Shown here piece by piece: positions 1 through 10,725 of a DNA stretch of 64,000 bases. Below the pieces are notes generated by a model. The model did not search any database. It was not told the origin of the DNA and saw only the letters and a program-made list of their open reading frames with translations. The DNA is from Pelomyxa schiedti (lineage: Eukaryota > Protista > Evosea): NCBI GenBank assembly GCA_020536535.1, contig JAHLWZ010000714.1:1-64000 (forward strand), written 5' to 3'. A program made the translations under genes and the position numbers. Position 1 is the stretch's first letter. Every line of letters begins with the position of its first letter.

Positions 1-2
1 AC

Positions 3-125
3 ACGGATCCCCAAGGTGAGGACTCCATGGCCACCATTATTGGGGTTGTGGGTGGTGTTGCTGCCTGTGGTGTTGTGGGACTTGTTGGGTGTACAACATA
101 CCGTAAGTTCCTCAAGGCACCCTAA
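3..125 (+). CDS. 3' fragment of a single-pass membrane protein (runs off window start; possibly truncated)
   Basis: Frame 3 reads TDPQGEDSMATIIGVVGGVAACGVVGLVGCTTYRKFLKAP*, a TM helix with a basic tail. A GTAAGT donor lies at 103, and the TAA falls inside the CACCCTAA motif at 118-125. Confidence 0.5.
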   Translation, partial: TDPQGEDSMATIIGVVGGVAACGVVGLVGCTTYRKFLKAP

Positions 126-429
126 AGGGTCAAGCAATCTTTTTCCGTTGTTCAAAAAGAGAAGTGGTGGCGAGAACACTCTGGTAACGATTAGCGAGGG
201 AACTTGGCGGAATCACTCCGCAACATTTCATTTTCCTTCTAACCGAGGCACCTATTTAGTGTGTACCTGGGCCGGAATTCCTGTCGAGAGTGAGAGGGTC
301 TCCATCACTTTTTTTTCTTGGGAAAATAGGTGGCCTCCAAGTTGAACTGAACTTGGTCAACTGGGTCTAATTAGTTGCCACAACCAAGGAAGCAACAAAA
401 AAGCAAAAAAAAAAACAACAAAAAGAAAC

Positions 430-689
430 ATGGGGTCTTGCCCCCTGTTTGTAGCCTTGCTGGTCACGTGTGCCCTTGCTTCTGAGGTGACTGACTGCAC
501 GTACGACGAGTACGGCTCCTGGTCCGTCGGCAACAACAACAGGCAAATGACGCTCTACCTCCATGACAGCATGGTAACGTCGTAGAGTACGGGCTGGGCA
601 CGTTGGACTTCCCAGAGGGGTTTGACAACACAGTGTGTCAGTATGACACAAACAACCACAACGGCTGGGTGGTAACATCCTCTGGCACG
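430..689 (+). pseudogene. Frameshifted, 3'-truncated secreted-protein gene fragment
   Basis: ATG430 gives the signal peptide MGSCPLFVALLVTCALA-SEVTDCTYDEYGSWSVGNNNRQMTLYLHDS. It continues after a 1-nt shift near 570 as HGNVVEYGLGTLDFPEGFDNTVCQYDTNNHNGWVVTSSG up to CACCCTAA at 690. Confidence 0.4.
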
Positions 690-1140
690 CACCCTAAAGT
701 CAAAGTGTTCCCACCCTCCAGTAAATGGGTCCACTTTGGGAGAAAAGCCCCACAGTGGTTACGCTTTGAGCAATTTGGAGAGCCACAGATCGGGATCACC
801 CTGTTCCAAATCGGAAGCTCGTCGGGGTGGGTCCATTCTGGAAAGTTTAAGAAGTTTTTTTGGTTTTTTGAAGTCAAACACGACGCCAGAGGACAACCGA
901 ATTCATGGCGTGTCCCAGAGAAAAGAGTGCGCTCACCGTACTTAGTCACCACTGCACATCGCAATGGTGGCTGAGCCACCTTGGGTTTTTCTCAACTTGA
1001 GGACTCCTCACTGACTTGGCGTGTCTGGAGGCTTCTTCGGAGAATCGCAAGGAGAAATGAACCGTCTTCCAATCCACAGTTGCCTTGGCGATAAACAAAA
1101 AAAAAACAAAACCAAGCACCGTAGTGCGTAGCCGGCCGTG

Positions 1141-1240
1141 CATCGGTGTCGCTACACTCCCCCCACATCGGTGTCGCTACACTCCCCCCGCATCGGTGTC
1201 GCTACGCTCCCCCCGCATCGGTGTCGCTACGCTCTCTGCA
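1141..1240. repeat. 25-bp tandem repeat x4
   Basis: CATCGGTGTCGCTAC(A/G)CTCCCCCC(A/G) at 1141, 1166, 1191 and 1216 (last copy degenerate). Confidence 0.95.
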
Positions 1241-1380
1241 TGTTCCACACTGTCGAGACTCCCCTCTGTATTTCCTTTTTTCTCTTCCCTTTTTCTTTTC
1301 TTTCTTTTTTACTCGCAGTAGCTTGGTTGAAATTGGACCAGCGGTCACCCTTTATGGTTGATCGCAGTGTGGTGCGCTTC

Positions 1381-1487
1381 CCTTTTCCCCCTTTTTAACC
1401 TTTTCCCCCTTTTTAACCTTTTCCCCCTTTTTAACCTTTTCCCCCTTTTTAACCTTTTCTCCCTTTTTAACCTTTTCCCCCTTTTTC
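1381..1487. repeat. 18-bp pyrimidine-rich tandem repeat x6
   Basis: CCTTTTCCCCCTTTTTAA repeated from 1381. Confidence 0.95.
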
Positions 1488-1664
1488 CGTTAACTACTGA
1501 ACAGCTTGGTTGAATTGGATCGGCAGTCCCCCAAGCTCCCGGTTAAATCTTGACATCCTTGCACATCAGGGCTACTTTCCTTTTTGGCAGCTCTCCTCTT
1601 GGGTGTGCCCTCAACTTACTCCTCTCTTTCCGACTAACCTGACAAGCCAGTGCGGAACAGCTAA

Positions 1665-2118
1665 AGGATTCCAGTTGCCGATTCTGGTATCCCCTTCTCC
1701 CTTTTTTTTCCCCAGCTAACCAATGCATAGATTTTGTAACAAGCTGCTGTTAAGTTCATGACTTCAGCGAGTTTGCCGGTTTGTCCCATTTATTGGCTTT
1801 CTGTTTCTAACATCCACACAGGTTCACATGACAACAGGCGACCATTATTTGATATATTCGCTTTTGTCCCTTGCAAAGAGCAAGAGAGTCTGCCTGGATC
1901 CCGGTTGTCGACTCCGGTATGTCCTTCTCCCTTTTTTTTCCCCCAGCTAACCAAGGCACAGATTGACAAGCTGCTGTTATGTTCAAGACTTCCGCTAGTT
2001 GGCAGCAAACTTGGTTTGTCCTTTTTATTGGCTTTCTGCTTCTAACATCCACACAGGTTCGCATGACAATTATTTGATGTAAACACCTTTTCCAAAGAGC
2101 AAGAGAGTCTGCCTGCAG
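1665..2118. repeat. Diverged ~230-bp tandem duplication
   Basis: CCTTCTCCCTTTTTTTTCCCCAGCTAACCAA..ACAAGCTGCTGTTA at ~1693 and ~1923. TATTGGCTTTCTG..CTAACATCCACACAGGTTC..CAAAGAGCAAGAGAGTCTGCCTG at ~1791-1897 and ~2026-2115. Confidence 0.85.
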
Positions 2119-2205
2119 GTTTGTTCTTTGCGCATATCTTCTTTTATTTTAATTATTTTGTAGAGTACAACCGTGACAGCCTCTCTGTTACTGGACCACC
2201 AGCTA

Positions 2206-2315
2206 GCAACCACGCAACCAGGCAACAACACAACCACCAACCACACAACCACCAACCACACAACCAGGCAACCACGCAACCACGCAACCAGGCAACCACG
2301 CAACCAGGCAACCAC
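2206..2315. repeat. CAACCAC/CAACCAGG low-complexity repeat
   Basis: Iterated CAACCACG/CAACCACA/CAACCAGG units. Confidence 0.8.
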
Positions 2316-2528
2316 ACAGGTGTAAGGGGAAAAAAAAAATAAATTATGTATTCCAATTTGTAGGCAACCTGGGAAAATCCCCAATTTGTACCCGATTTGA
2401 GAATGCTCGAAGCGGTGCCACTTTGAAATCCCTCCACTTTGTCCAAAGTGTGCACTAGTTAAGCAATTTGGAGGCTCACTTTGGTTCCGATTTGACGCTT
2501 AAATTGGGAAATTTTTGGAGTTAGGGTG

Positions 2529-4378
2529 AAGGAGGCAACAGAAGCGCAGGCTCGCTTTTGGCAACAGCAGAGCCTCAGCACCGAGTATCGGAAGAGGCAC
2601 AGGTACCACAAGGTGGGTGAGGAGGCGTTCACGGCCTTGCAGAGGAACGGGGAGGTGCCTGAGGGCATCCCCCGTGACAGGGTGTGGGTGGCATGGTGCA
2701 GGTCGCATGAGCTGAACAAGAGGTATTCCTTCAAAGCCATTTGCAAACGACTCGGCCGGGACCCAGTCACAGGAAAAATGGCTGTGGTGTGTAGAGTGGT
2801 GGAAGTGGGGTGTTGTGGTTTCCTCCTGATTGCAGAGCAGTCTTCTCTCATCTCATCTCCTCTCTCGCGTACTCCCCCTTGTCTGTTTGTAACTTCATTG
2901 ACAGAAGAGAAACGCCCAAGTACCAACAGAAGAAGAAGATGGTGATGGTGAAGAGCAAGAATGTTACAGTAGTGACCAGGAGGAGGAGGACGATGATTAC
3001 AACCTTGCGCCAGAGGAAGATTCCTCCAGCCGTCCGCACCAAGACCCGTCCTTGAAGTGGGAACTGAGCAGCAGAATACCAGTCATTCTCGAGGGTGACC
3101 TCATTCCACCACCAAAGGTACTTCTTTGCTTGTTACTTTCTCCATTCCGCATCCATCCATCATCAGCCCCCAATCTTGTCTGATGCTGAGAACTGGGGAT
3201 TGGCTCTCGATTTGTCACAGATCAAGGACACGGTTCGTTTCGTTCACACCCGCACTTCAATTCCCTTTCTCTCTCTCCCTTCCCCCACTTGCATCACTCT
3301 CACAGGAGGATGATTCTGAGGGAGAAGGCAACACTTCCACAGAGGAGACCCGGCAGCAAAAGCCTGATGCAAAACCACACCACGATGTCGTACGCTTCCT
3401 CTCAGCCTGGAAAACGGTGTGTGTGTGCCCTGTATGTCTCTTTCTGGGTATCCTCATCATTTTCAACAGATTTTGATGCTGTTGTCTCCTGTTGCATTTG
3501 AGAGAATGAGGGGTGTGTGCAAGGGACTCCTGGACCTTGTGAAGTGTCTTGAGAGAACTTTCTGGTGCAAGCTGCGATATAATTTCTGCAACCCTCGAGA
3601 CCGCCAACACTACATGAGAGAGAAAGCAAATGCACCTGCTGTGCGGGCTATAGAGATGGCAATCAACTGTTCCCCATTCTGCCTTGAGACAGTGCACGAA
3701 CTCGAGGTGTATGGAGGATTCATTGCCAAGCGATTTGATATACACTGCACCACCGGCCAAAAACCCACACCCGCGACACTTTGACCAGCCATCATCAGCA
3801 CAGTGGAAGGGGTCATGAGAGCCAACACCCGCCCAGACACCCAACTCGTCGTCCACCACTGCCCCCAGGAAATGGTTGGCACCATCATCCACGCCGTGAT
3901 GTCGATCCGGGAGCCCAGCAACATCAGCCTGCTCACCATCATCGGGGACAACCAAATCACATTTCCCCCTGGCTTCCGCCATCTCCCGCCCGACTCAAAG
4001 AGGTGCCTGCCAAGAGTAGAGCTCGAAGTAGACCACGACAGGTCATGTTGCCCTAATTGCGACTCCCCCACAGTCATCAACAACAACAACAACAACAGCA
4101 CACCAGCCGTGCCACCGTCGCAGGTCCACGACAAGCCCAAGACCCAGCCCGCCCCCACTGGCACTTGCGCTCTGCCCTCCCGCACCAATGCCCTCGCCGT
4201 CGCCCCTGCTCCTGCCCCAGCACTTGTCGTCAGCAACAGCAACAACGGCACCAAGAGTGTCACAGTCACGGGGAAGAGATGGGCGCCGGGTACTCCCCCT
4301 CTTGTGCTCTTGCCCCCACCAACCACGTTCACAAACGGTGCCCCTGTCGAAAACAATCGCCGCCGTAGACTGTGGTGA
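2529..4378 (+). pseudogene. 5'-truncated duplicate of the F-box-like gene at 51206-53296, with a premature stop
   Basis: Matches 51451 onward (offset 48922), introns included. It begins mid-exon right after TTAGGGTG, and has TGA at 3782-3784 where the other copy has TGG. Confidence 0.85.
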
Positions 4379-4656
4379 TGCTCCCGTGCACAACACGAAA
4401 AAAAAAAATAATAAAAAAGTTTCAGTAGTCTGTTCTTCGTCTTTGATTTCTTTGTTTCCTTATGAGAACTGAGCCCCTGCGTATGTACGTAGGCGTATTT
4501 CGGTTGCTGTTGGAGTGGTGTGGCAAGCAATGACATTCTGTTTTTGATAATTGCTCCCCGCATTGAATTGGAAAAGGTGATAGAGGTTTTGACAGTACTC
4601 CCCTGACACCACAGTTGTTATGGCATTGCACGGAGGAGATCACTTTTTCACCATAA

Positions 4657-7258
4657 ATGACATGCAGAGTGGGCTGTTATCAGTATAACACTGACGAGTG
4701 TTTGGGCTGTGGGTCATTCGCATCTGTGTATGAATCCCACTTGACTGTGTCGGAGCTGTGGTTTCATGGTTTACTTCAGGTACAAGGGATATGGAAACGG
4801 CGTGCCTGTAGCCATCAAAGGTCTTGTCATTTAAAATTGCACATACCGCTCTGTTCACCTTATGTAACAATAAGTTGTGGACTTCAATCGTTTTCGAAAC
4901 TGTTCAGACAAAACTTTGCTTCATCACTTGCAGTCTGAAGTTCAAGTCATGATGTCTGTGCATCACAGGAACATTGTTACTCTGCACGAAACCATATTGG
5001 TATGCCGCCATACAAACATGCCGCGACTTAGCATCTACTCTACTGGTATATAATTAGTCACCTGAGTGCAACACCTTGTATCTTGTTCTTGAGTACTGCA
5101 ATAATGGTGATATGGAAACCTACATAAAGAAAAGAGGTCCGTTATGTGAGAACGAGGCTAGATTCTTCATGGAACAACTTGGTGCAATAGTCGAATTACT
5201 TAGGTCTTTATCAATAAACCATACCCATATAGCATGTGGTCTCTTGGAGCTTCACAATAAAAACATAATGCACAGGAAATTACCCATGTCATTAATTTTC
5301 CTTCTTATTGGAACCAACAGGGATCTGAAGGTTATTCTGAGTCCCTCGATACTTTAACTGTTATAACCAAGCCCCACAATCTATTGCTCCATTTGGAAGA
5401 TAAAGTGCTGGTATTGAAAGTTGCGGTATGATTATGTGGTGCAGGTTTTTTGTTCTAACCTCTACAAAGGACTTTGGATTTGCACGCTTTATAGAGAGTC
5501 CACAGAGTCTCGTTTGGACATGCTGTGGGTCTCCTCTTTATATGGCTCCCGAGGTAATCCTAGACTTTCCACCATTTTCCTGTTCTACCAGAAGTAGGTG
5601 TTGAATTTAGGTATCTCTTGAAATGCTGTACCCCTTTTAACCCGAAACGAGAATCTTACACTGAAAAAGCGGATTTGTGGAGTGTTGGGGTTATTCTGTT
5701 TGAGGTATACATATACTCACTTGTGGGTCTTTTCATAACTAAGATACAAAATTAGATGTTGGCAGGCTACGCCCCTTTTTACGCCAAGTATTCTGAAACG
5801 GAAACTTTTTCCACTGAAAAACAAGTAGGAATCAAATAGACCTTTATCGGAGGATTCTCTCCAGTGACTTTGTTGAGCTGCCGGCCTCTGTTATTGTTCA
5901 GGGACAATGCAAAGACTTACTTTCTCGCCTTCTTCAAGTTGATAGCAAAGCCAGGATTTCTTGGGGAGAGTTCTTCCATCATAGTTGGTTGAACAGCACC
6001 GAACTGCTGCCTTGGAATCCCCCAAGTAACAACTTAGTTGCGGGCCCCGGTACTACTGCACCACCTAGAATAGCTGCACTCAAGGAACTGTGCTTGATCA
6101 ATCCAACAGTGATTTTTCCTTATGTATGTGCATTTCAACCATAAAACCACTTTAGGGATACCCGTTAGCCCGGACCCCGGGATCCAAGTCTTTTATGGGG
6201 ATCAGTCCGTCCATTGTATGGAACTCCACATTTACATTTAATGTGTTTTATTTTCTTATAGCCAGTCAGTAGTAGCCCATTCCTATCCTATACTCTAAGT
6301 GATAAACCAAAAATCGACATGGAAAATTTCACCCTTTCACCCTTTATCATTAAGATCTAATTCTTGTGCAGGAGTCAGATTCTCTGCTGTGTGACTATGT
6401 AATTGTCGAGCCCAATGACAATAAATGTCAGGTTGGTTACTGAAAGATACTCTCCAACCTCTTTAATAATATAGTTCCCAAGGAACAATTTCTTTCTAAA
6501 TATCTGGAGAGGAAGATTATTCACGCCCGTGCCATCTTTTCTTCATCGAAGGCTTGTAACTCCCGCGCGGAACAATTTGCAATGTGCTTTGTTTAGCTTC
6601 CTACAATGTCACTCCTGACACTGTCCAAGGATTGTCACAGCAATAGTGCTGTTGAATAAAACGATTCAATACACCAAGAAGCATCTGAGGTTTATTCCCA
6701 TCCAGTCTTCACTTCGTTTTGGTATGTGTCCATGTCAATTGCTTTGGCCCATTTTTTTTTCCCCAGCTATCGAGCACTCAGTCAAGCTAATTTCGGTCTA
6801 CATTCGCCAAGCAGATTCCGTTCTCTCCTCCATTGACTGCCCACTGTCAGCTTGTGTACCACCAATCAGTGAGATTTTGTACCAGCGCGCATTGAAAATT
6901 GTACATTCTTCCCTCTTCTGTAATTCTCTTACAGTTCAAGATTCAACTCGGGTGTATCAATGAACAACTTGGACAGTTCAAAAACTGCCTCCGTGCTTAT
7001 GAAAAGGTACCCTCTTTCTACTAAGCAAATCCAATCTGTATGACAGGGGAGTGCTCTCCTTGAACTTTTGCAAGAGATAGCGGCCGCTTCCAACTACACC
7101 AATGACATCAAAATTCTTGCCCAATGTGCGTTCCCTTACTCTCTCCTTCCGCTCCCTAAAAACCTGCAGTCCTTGATCACTTGAGGCTCCGGATTGCTGC
7201 AGTCGCCAGTGCTTCTTCGTTTCCTTTTCCAGAGTGCACCAAACATGCTTTACCGTAA
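4657..7258 (+). CDS. ATG1: Atg1/ULK-family Ser/Thr kinase (multi-exon)
   Basis: Spliced motifs GCGSFASVYKG, VAIK, LVLEYCNNGD, HRDLKPHNLL, KVADFGFAR, CGSPLYMAPE, KADLWSVGVILFE, RISWGEFFHHSWL. The C-terminal helical region with ISEILYQRALKI resembles the Atg1 tandem-MIT tail. Confidence 0.85.
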
Positions 7259-7408
7259 CGGCAAAAACTTCCTTCGTCAAAAAAGTTCCACTGGTGGGGA
7301 TCGTACTGCCCGGAAATTGCCAAAAATTCGCCTCGAACTGAAGTTTCTTCTTCGTCGTCTCTTTTTTTGATAGACAGCACCACACGTTCCTTCGTTCGTC
7401 ACACGATC

Positions 7409-10400
7409 ATGAGCCGGTACGTAACCCCCACCATCCCATAACCCCAACTCACGAGGCCCACGCCGCCGACAAAACAAAAAGACAAGGACCAACGGTCGCC
7501 TACGTGCGCAGCGGGAGCAGCGGCAGCCCCGAGCCGCCCCTGTCGCCGCCCGCCACGCCGCACTGCGCCCCCGCGCCCCTACGCGGCCACCACCCCTCGT
7601 CCTCCTTCACCTACGGCTGCTCGCTGGCCGCGCCCTCCCGCCCCGCCCCGCCCCCTCCCCGCTCCGCCTACACCCCGCCGATCCCGCCCCCCTCCAACTT
7701 CTACGCCCTGTCCGCCGCAGCCGCAGCCGCTTCCCTCTCGATAATCCCGCCGCCGTCCCGGGCCAGCGGGGGCCACGGGGGGGACGAGGCGGTGTACGAC
7801 GAGGACTACATCCCGCCGCCGCCGACCCCGCCGCCGCCTCTGGACATTCCCCCTCCGCCGCCTTCTCCTTGCGACCTGACTTTGACACCTTCTCCCTCGC
7901 CCTCGCCCTCGCCGTTCTCGCCGCTGTCTTCCCCTGTTTACGCCTCCCCTCTCTTGTTCACGTCTATCTCGCCCAGTAGTAGTGATTTGAGCACGGCCGC
8001 GGTGGGCTACCCACAATCCAAAACCATTCCAGAGGGCACCCCGCCTATAGTAATGAAATTCCCTGCCCCCTCATCTCCTGGAACTCAACCCGCATCGAGA
8101 AGAACATCTTTGCCTTCTCTTTCTGAAGTTCCCTTACAACCTTCGACTCCTATCCGGCTTCTAGCCAAATCTGGAATTCTGCAACGAAGCACTAGTGCAG
8201 CGTTGATAAGAAGAAATTCCCAAGGATCAATAATGTCTTCGGCAAAAAATAACAAGACTGCTGCCAAGTGCCAAGAACGAAGTAAGTGCACTCTAGCCCT
8301 CAGATTCTCATCGTAGTTAATCAATTTCAGCGTTTTTTTCCAGGACATTGGTAGACAGAACACAATGGCAATCTAATGTACTAAAACGAAATCCTCCTTT
8401 GGTGGATTTGCGTGATCGTATATATCCACTGAACAGAGCCATACTCTTCTGCCAGATGTACCTACTCTCGGGAAAACTTGTTTCCCACTAATCCCTTACA
8501 AAGATACCATCCTGGAAAGAGAGACATCAAACATAATCTCAACAAAACAGATATTATCATGCTTATCTTGCAGCACTTGCACGTAAAAGGCCTGAAACAG
8601 ACACGTAAGACTCTGGAGGTGGAAAGTAGAGTGAAAAGTATGAATTAGTGCCCCTTCCATTAACTCACATGGGACAGTGCCAAAAATTGATCTTCCTGAT
8701 AGCAGGCTTCTCACTTATCTCCATCAAGCAGTAAAGGAAACGGAATGTGTATTTGACCTCACCTTAGGTAGCTGGGGTTTAGTAGCATTCCTGACAGTAT
8801 GCAGGGGATAAAGTTCGTGACGAGAAACCACTGGAAGAGCACTTGGCCTCATTAGGCCTAACCGAAGAAGGCACATTCAGTGCTCTGAGTGCCTCTAACC
8901 CATAAAAAGATGACTCTTTGGCAGCCGATGTAAACATATGGAGTGAGCCTCCAGGAAATATTGTAGTTGAAAATGGGAAAAATGAAGCAACTGAAGATAT
9001 TCAAATAGTGAAGGCAGCTTCACTTAACCGCCTTGTAGAGTGGGCAACTGATCAGAAACTCGGTATCACAATTCCCCTAAACTTGCAATACTTTTTACAT
9101 ACTCTTTCAGACTTGGAATTTACCAAGACCTTTTTAATGACGTATCACAGCTTTACAACCTCAGAAAAATTACTGGAAAAACTTTCTCAGCGGTATTAAT
9201 TAATACATATACTAACGTTAGCTTAATCTTTTAAAAAAGATTTGATGTGCCACCGACCTATAAAGGTGGCGGGGAAGCATTTACTAATGCAGCCAGCATC
9301 ATCCGCTTGAGAGTGTGTAACGTAATGAAACGGTGGATAGAGGATTACAGCTACGATTTTGATGATAAGCTTATCGCTCAAGTAAAGCACTTCTCTGCCC
9401 ATATTGCCCAGTCATCATTACCTCTCGCCAGTGCTATCAATAAATCGCTGGACAAAATGAGATTTGTATGGGAGAGGCTTCTGATTCCTTCTCTCCTCAT
9501 TTCATTTCTTTCCCGTAGGACAATCTCCAACCAAGAAGAAAAAGTGCCTTCTCCGCCTCTCCACCTGATCCCATAATTCCGCGCAATATTTTCAGCAAAG
9601 ATCTATCACTGTTCGATATCGATGATGAAGAATTGGCACGTCAACTCACCATTATAGAGTTTGACCTGTATGAAAAAATCAAGGTAAATATAACCCCATG
9701 TGCATTTTTGGTTTTTTTTTAATACTGCAAGGCACCCGAACTTATGAATCAATCATGGAGTAAACCGAAACTAAAGCACAGAGCTCCAAACGTTCTTGCT
9801 GTAATTAGACGCTTCAACCAAGTCTCCAGTTGGGTAGGCCAAGAAATCGTTAAGCCCTTGTATATACGTGAGAGAGTCAAGGCAGCTACCAAGTTTATCA
9901 AAATTGCAGAGGCAGGAAATTGCCTTTACTTGAAAAACGTGCTGAAACTGTAGTACAGATTGCAATGCAGCTGCACAACTTTAATTTGGTTATGGCGATT
10001 CTTGCTGGATTTGGTTCTTGCGCTGTGCACCGCTTGCATCACTCCATGGAAGAGATTCCAGCAAACTCACAGCGTGTACGTCGACTTCACATCTTTGCTG
10101 GTTTAATAGGAAAAGGCAAAACTGGAGATGGAAAAGCACATGTCCTCAAATGGTAATTTTAAGACCTATAGGTCTTTGCTTTCATCATCAGAACTTCCTT
10201 GCTTGCCTTACCTGTATACCCTCCTACAAACACACATGTTTCTTTTTAATGAAGTGAAGAGGTGTTCACCTTACTGACTTGACTTTTGTGGATGAGAATC
10301 CAGACACAGTGAATGGACTGGTAAATTTCGCTAAAAGGAATCTCATATTCACATACGTGTGTCTCTTTCCCACCCATTTGACATTTATTGAAAAAACACA

Positions 10401-10564
10401 AGATATCCCTCCTCCAGAGATTCCAACAAACCAGATACAACCTTCATCCTGTTCATCAGATAATTTCATATCTCACAGAAGCCAAGATAATGAATGACCA
10501 GGAACTATTCACCACATCACAAAACCGCGAGCCCAAAGGCTGCTTGCGTACAGACATTCCCTGA
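7409..10564 (+). CDS. RasGEF with Pro-rich N-terminus, LisH motif, REM and CDC25 domains
   Basis: LisH-like IIMLILQHLHVKGLKQTRKTLEVES. REM VKAASLNRLVEW..FLMTYHSFTT..RLRVCNVMKRWIE. CDC25 ELARQLTIIEF, APNVLAVIRRFN, LHNFN, LPYLGVHLTDLTFVDENPD, REPK. Confidence 0.92.
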
Positions 10565-10718
10565 AACGGTGTGATAACCTCTGCCGTTTTGTTGTATTCC
10601 ATAAAATATAAAAAAAAAACTCCCCGATTCAGTAAGCAGTTCCTCTATGCCTTTCCCCCAAGATTTCCTTAATACACTAAACCAACACTACAACAGGAGA
10701 TAATAACTCCCAAACAAC

Positions 10719-10725
10719 AAAAAAA
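10719..10725 (-). terminator. Pol III-type T7 terminator after SRP RNA
   Basis: Seven T on the minus strand immediately after the closing helix ...CATCAACCC. Confidence 0.6.

Larger units (their letters stand above)
690..2528. mobile_element. Putative non-autonomous element with imperfect 24-bp inverted termini (CACCCTAA...)
   Basis: 690-713 CACCCTAAAGTCAAAGTGTTCCCA versus revcomp of 2505-2528 CACCCTAACTCCAAAAATTTCCCA (18/24 identical, no gaps). Both ends abut truncated genes and the interior is rich in tandem repeats. No transposase seen. Confidence 0.4.

Noticed and set aside
1141-1240. 25-bp repeats as a CRISPR array
   Set aside because: Units are contiguous with no unique spacers, there are no cas genes, and the context is eukaryotic
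2521-2526. TTAGGG as a telomere
   Set aside because: Single unit, not an array; treated only as part of the putative element terminus
3782-3784. In-frame TGA as Sec or a recoded Trp
   Set aside because: The paralog has TGG, this copy is 5'-truncated, no SECIS was seen, and TGA serves as a normal stop in other genes
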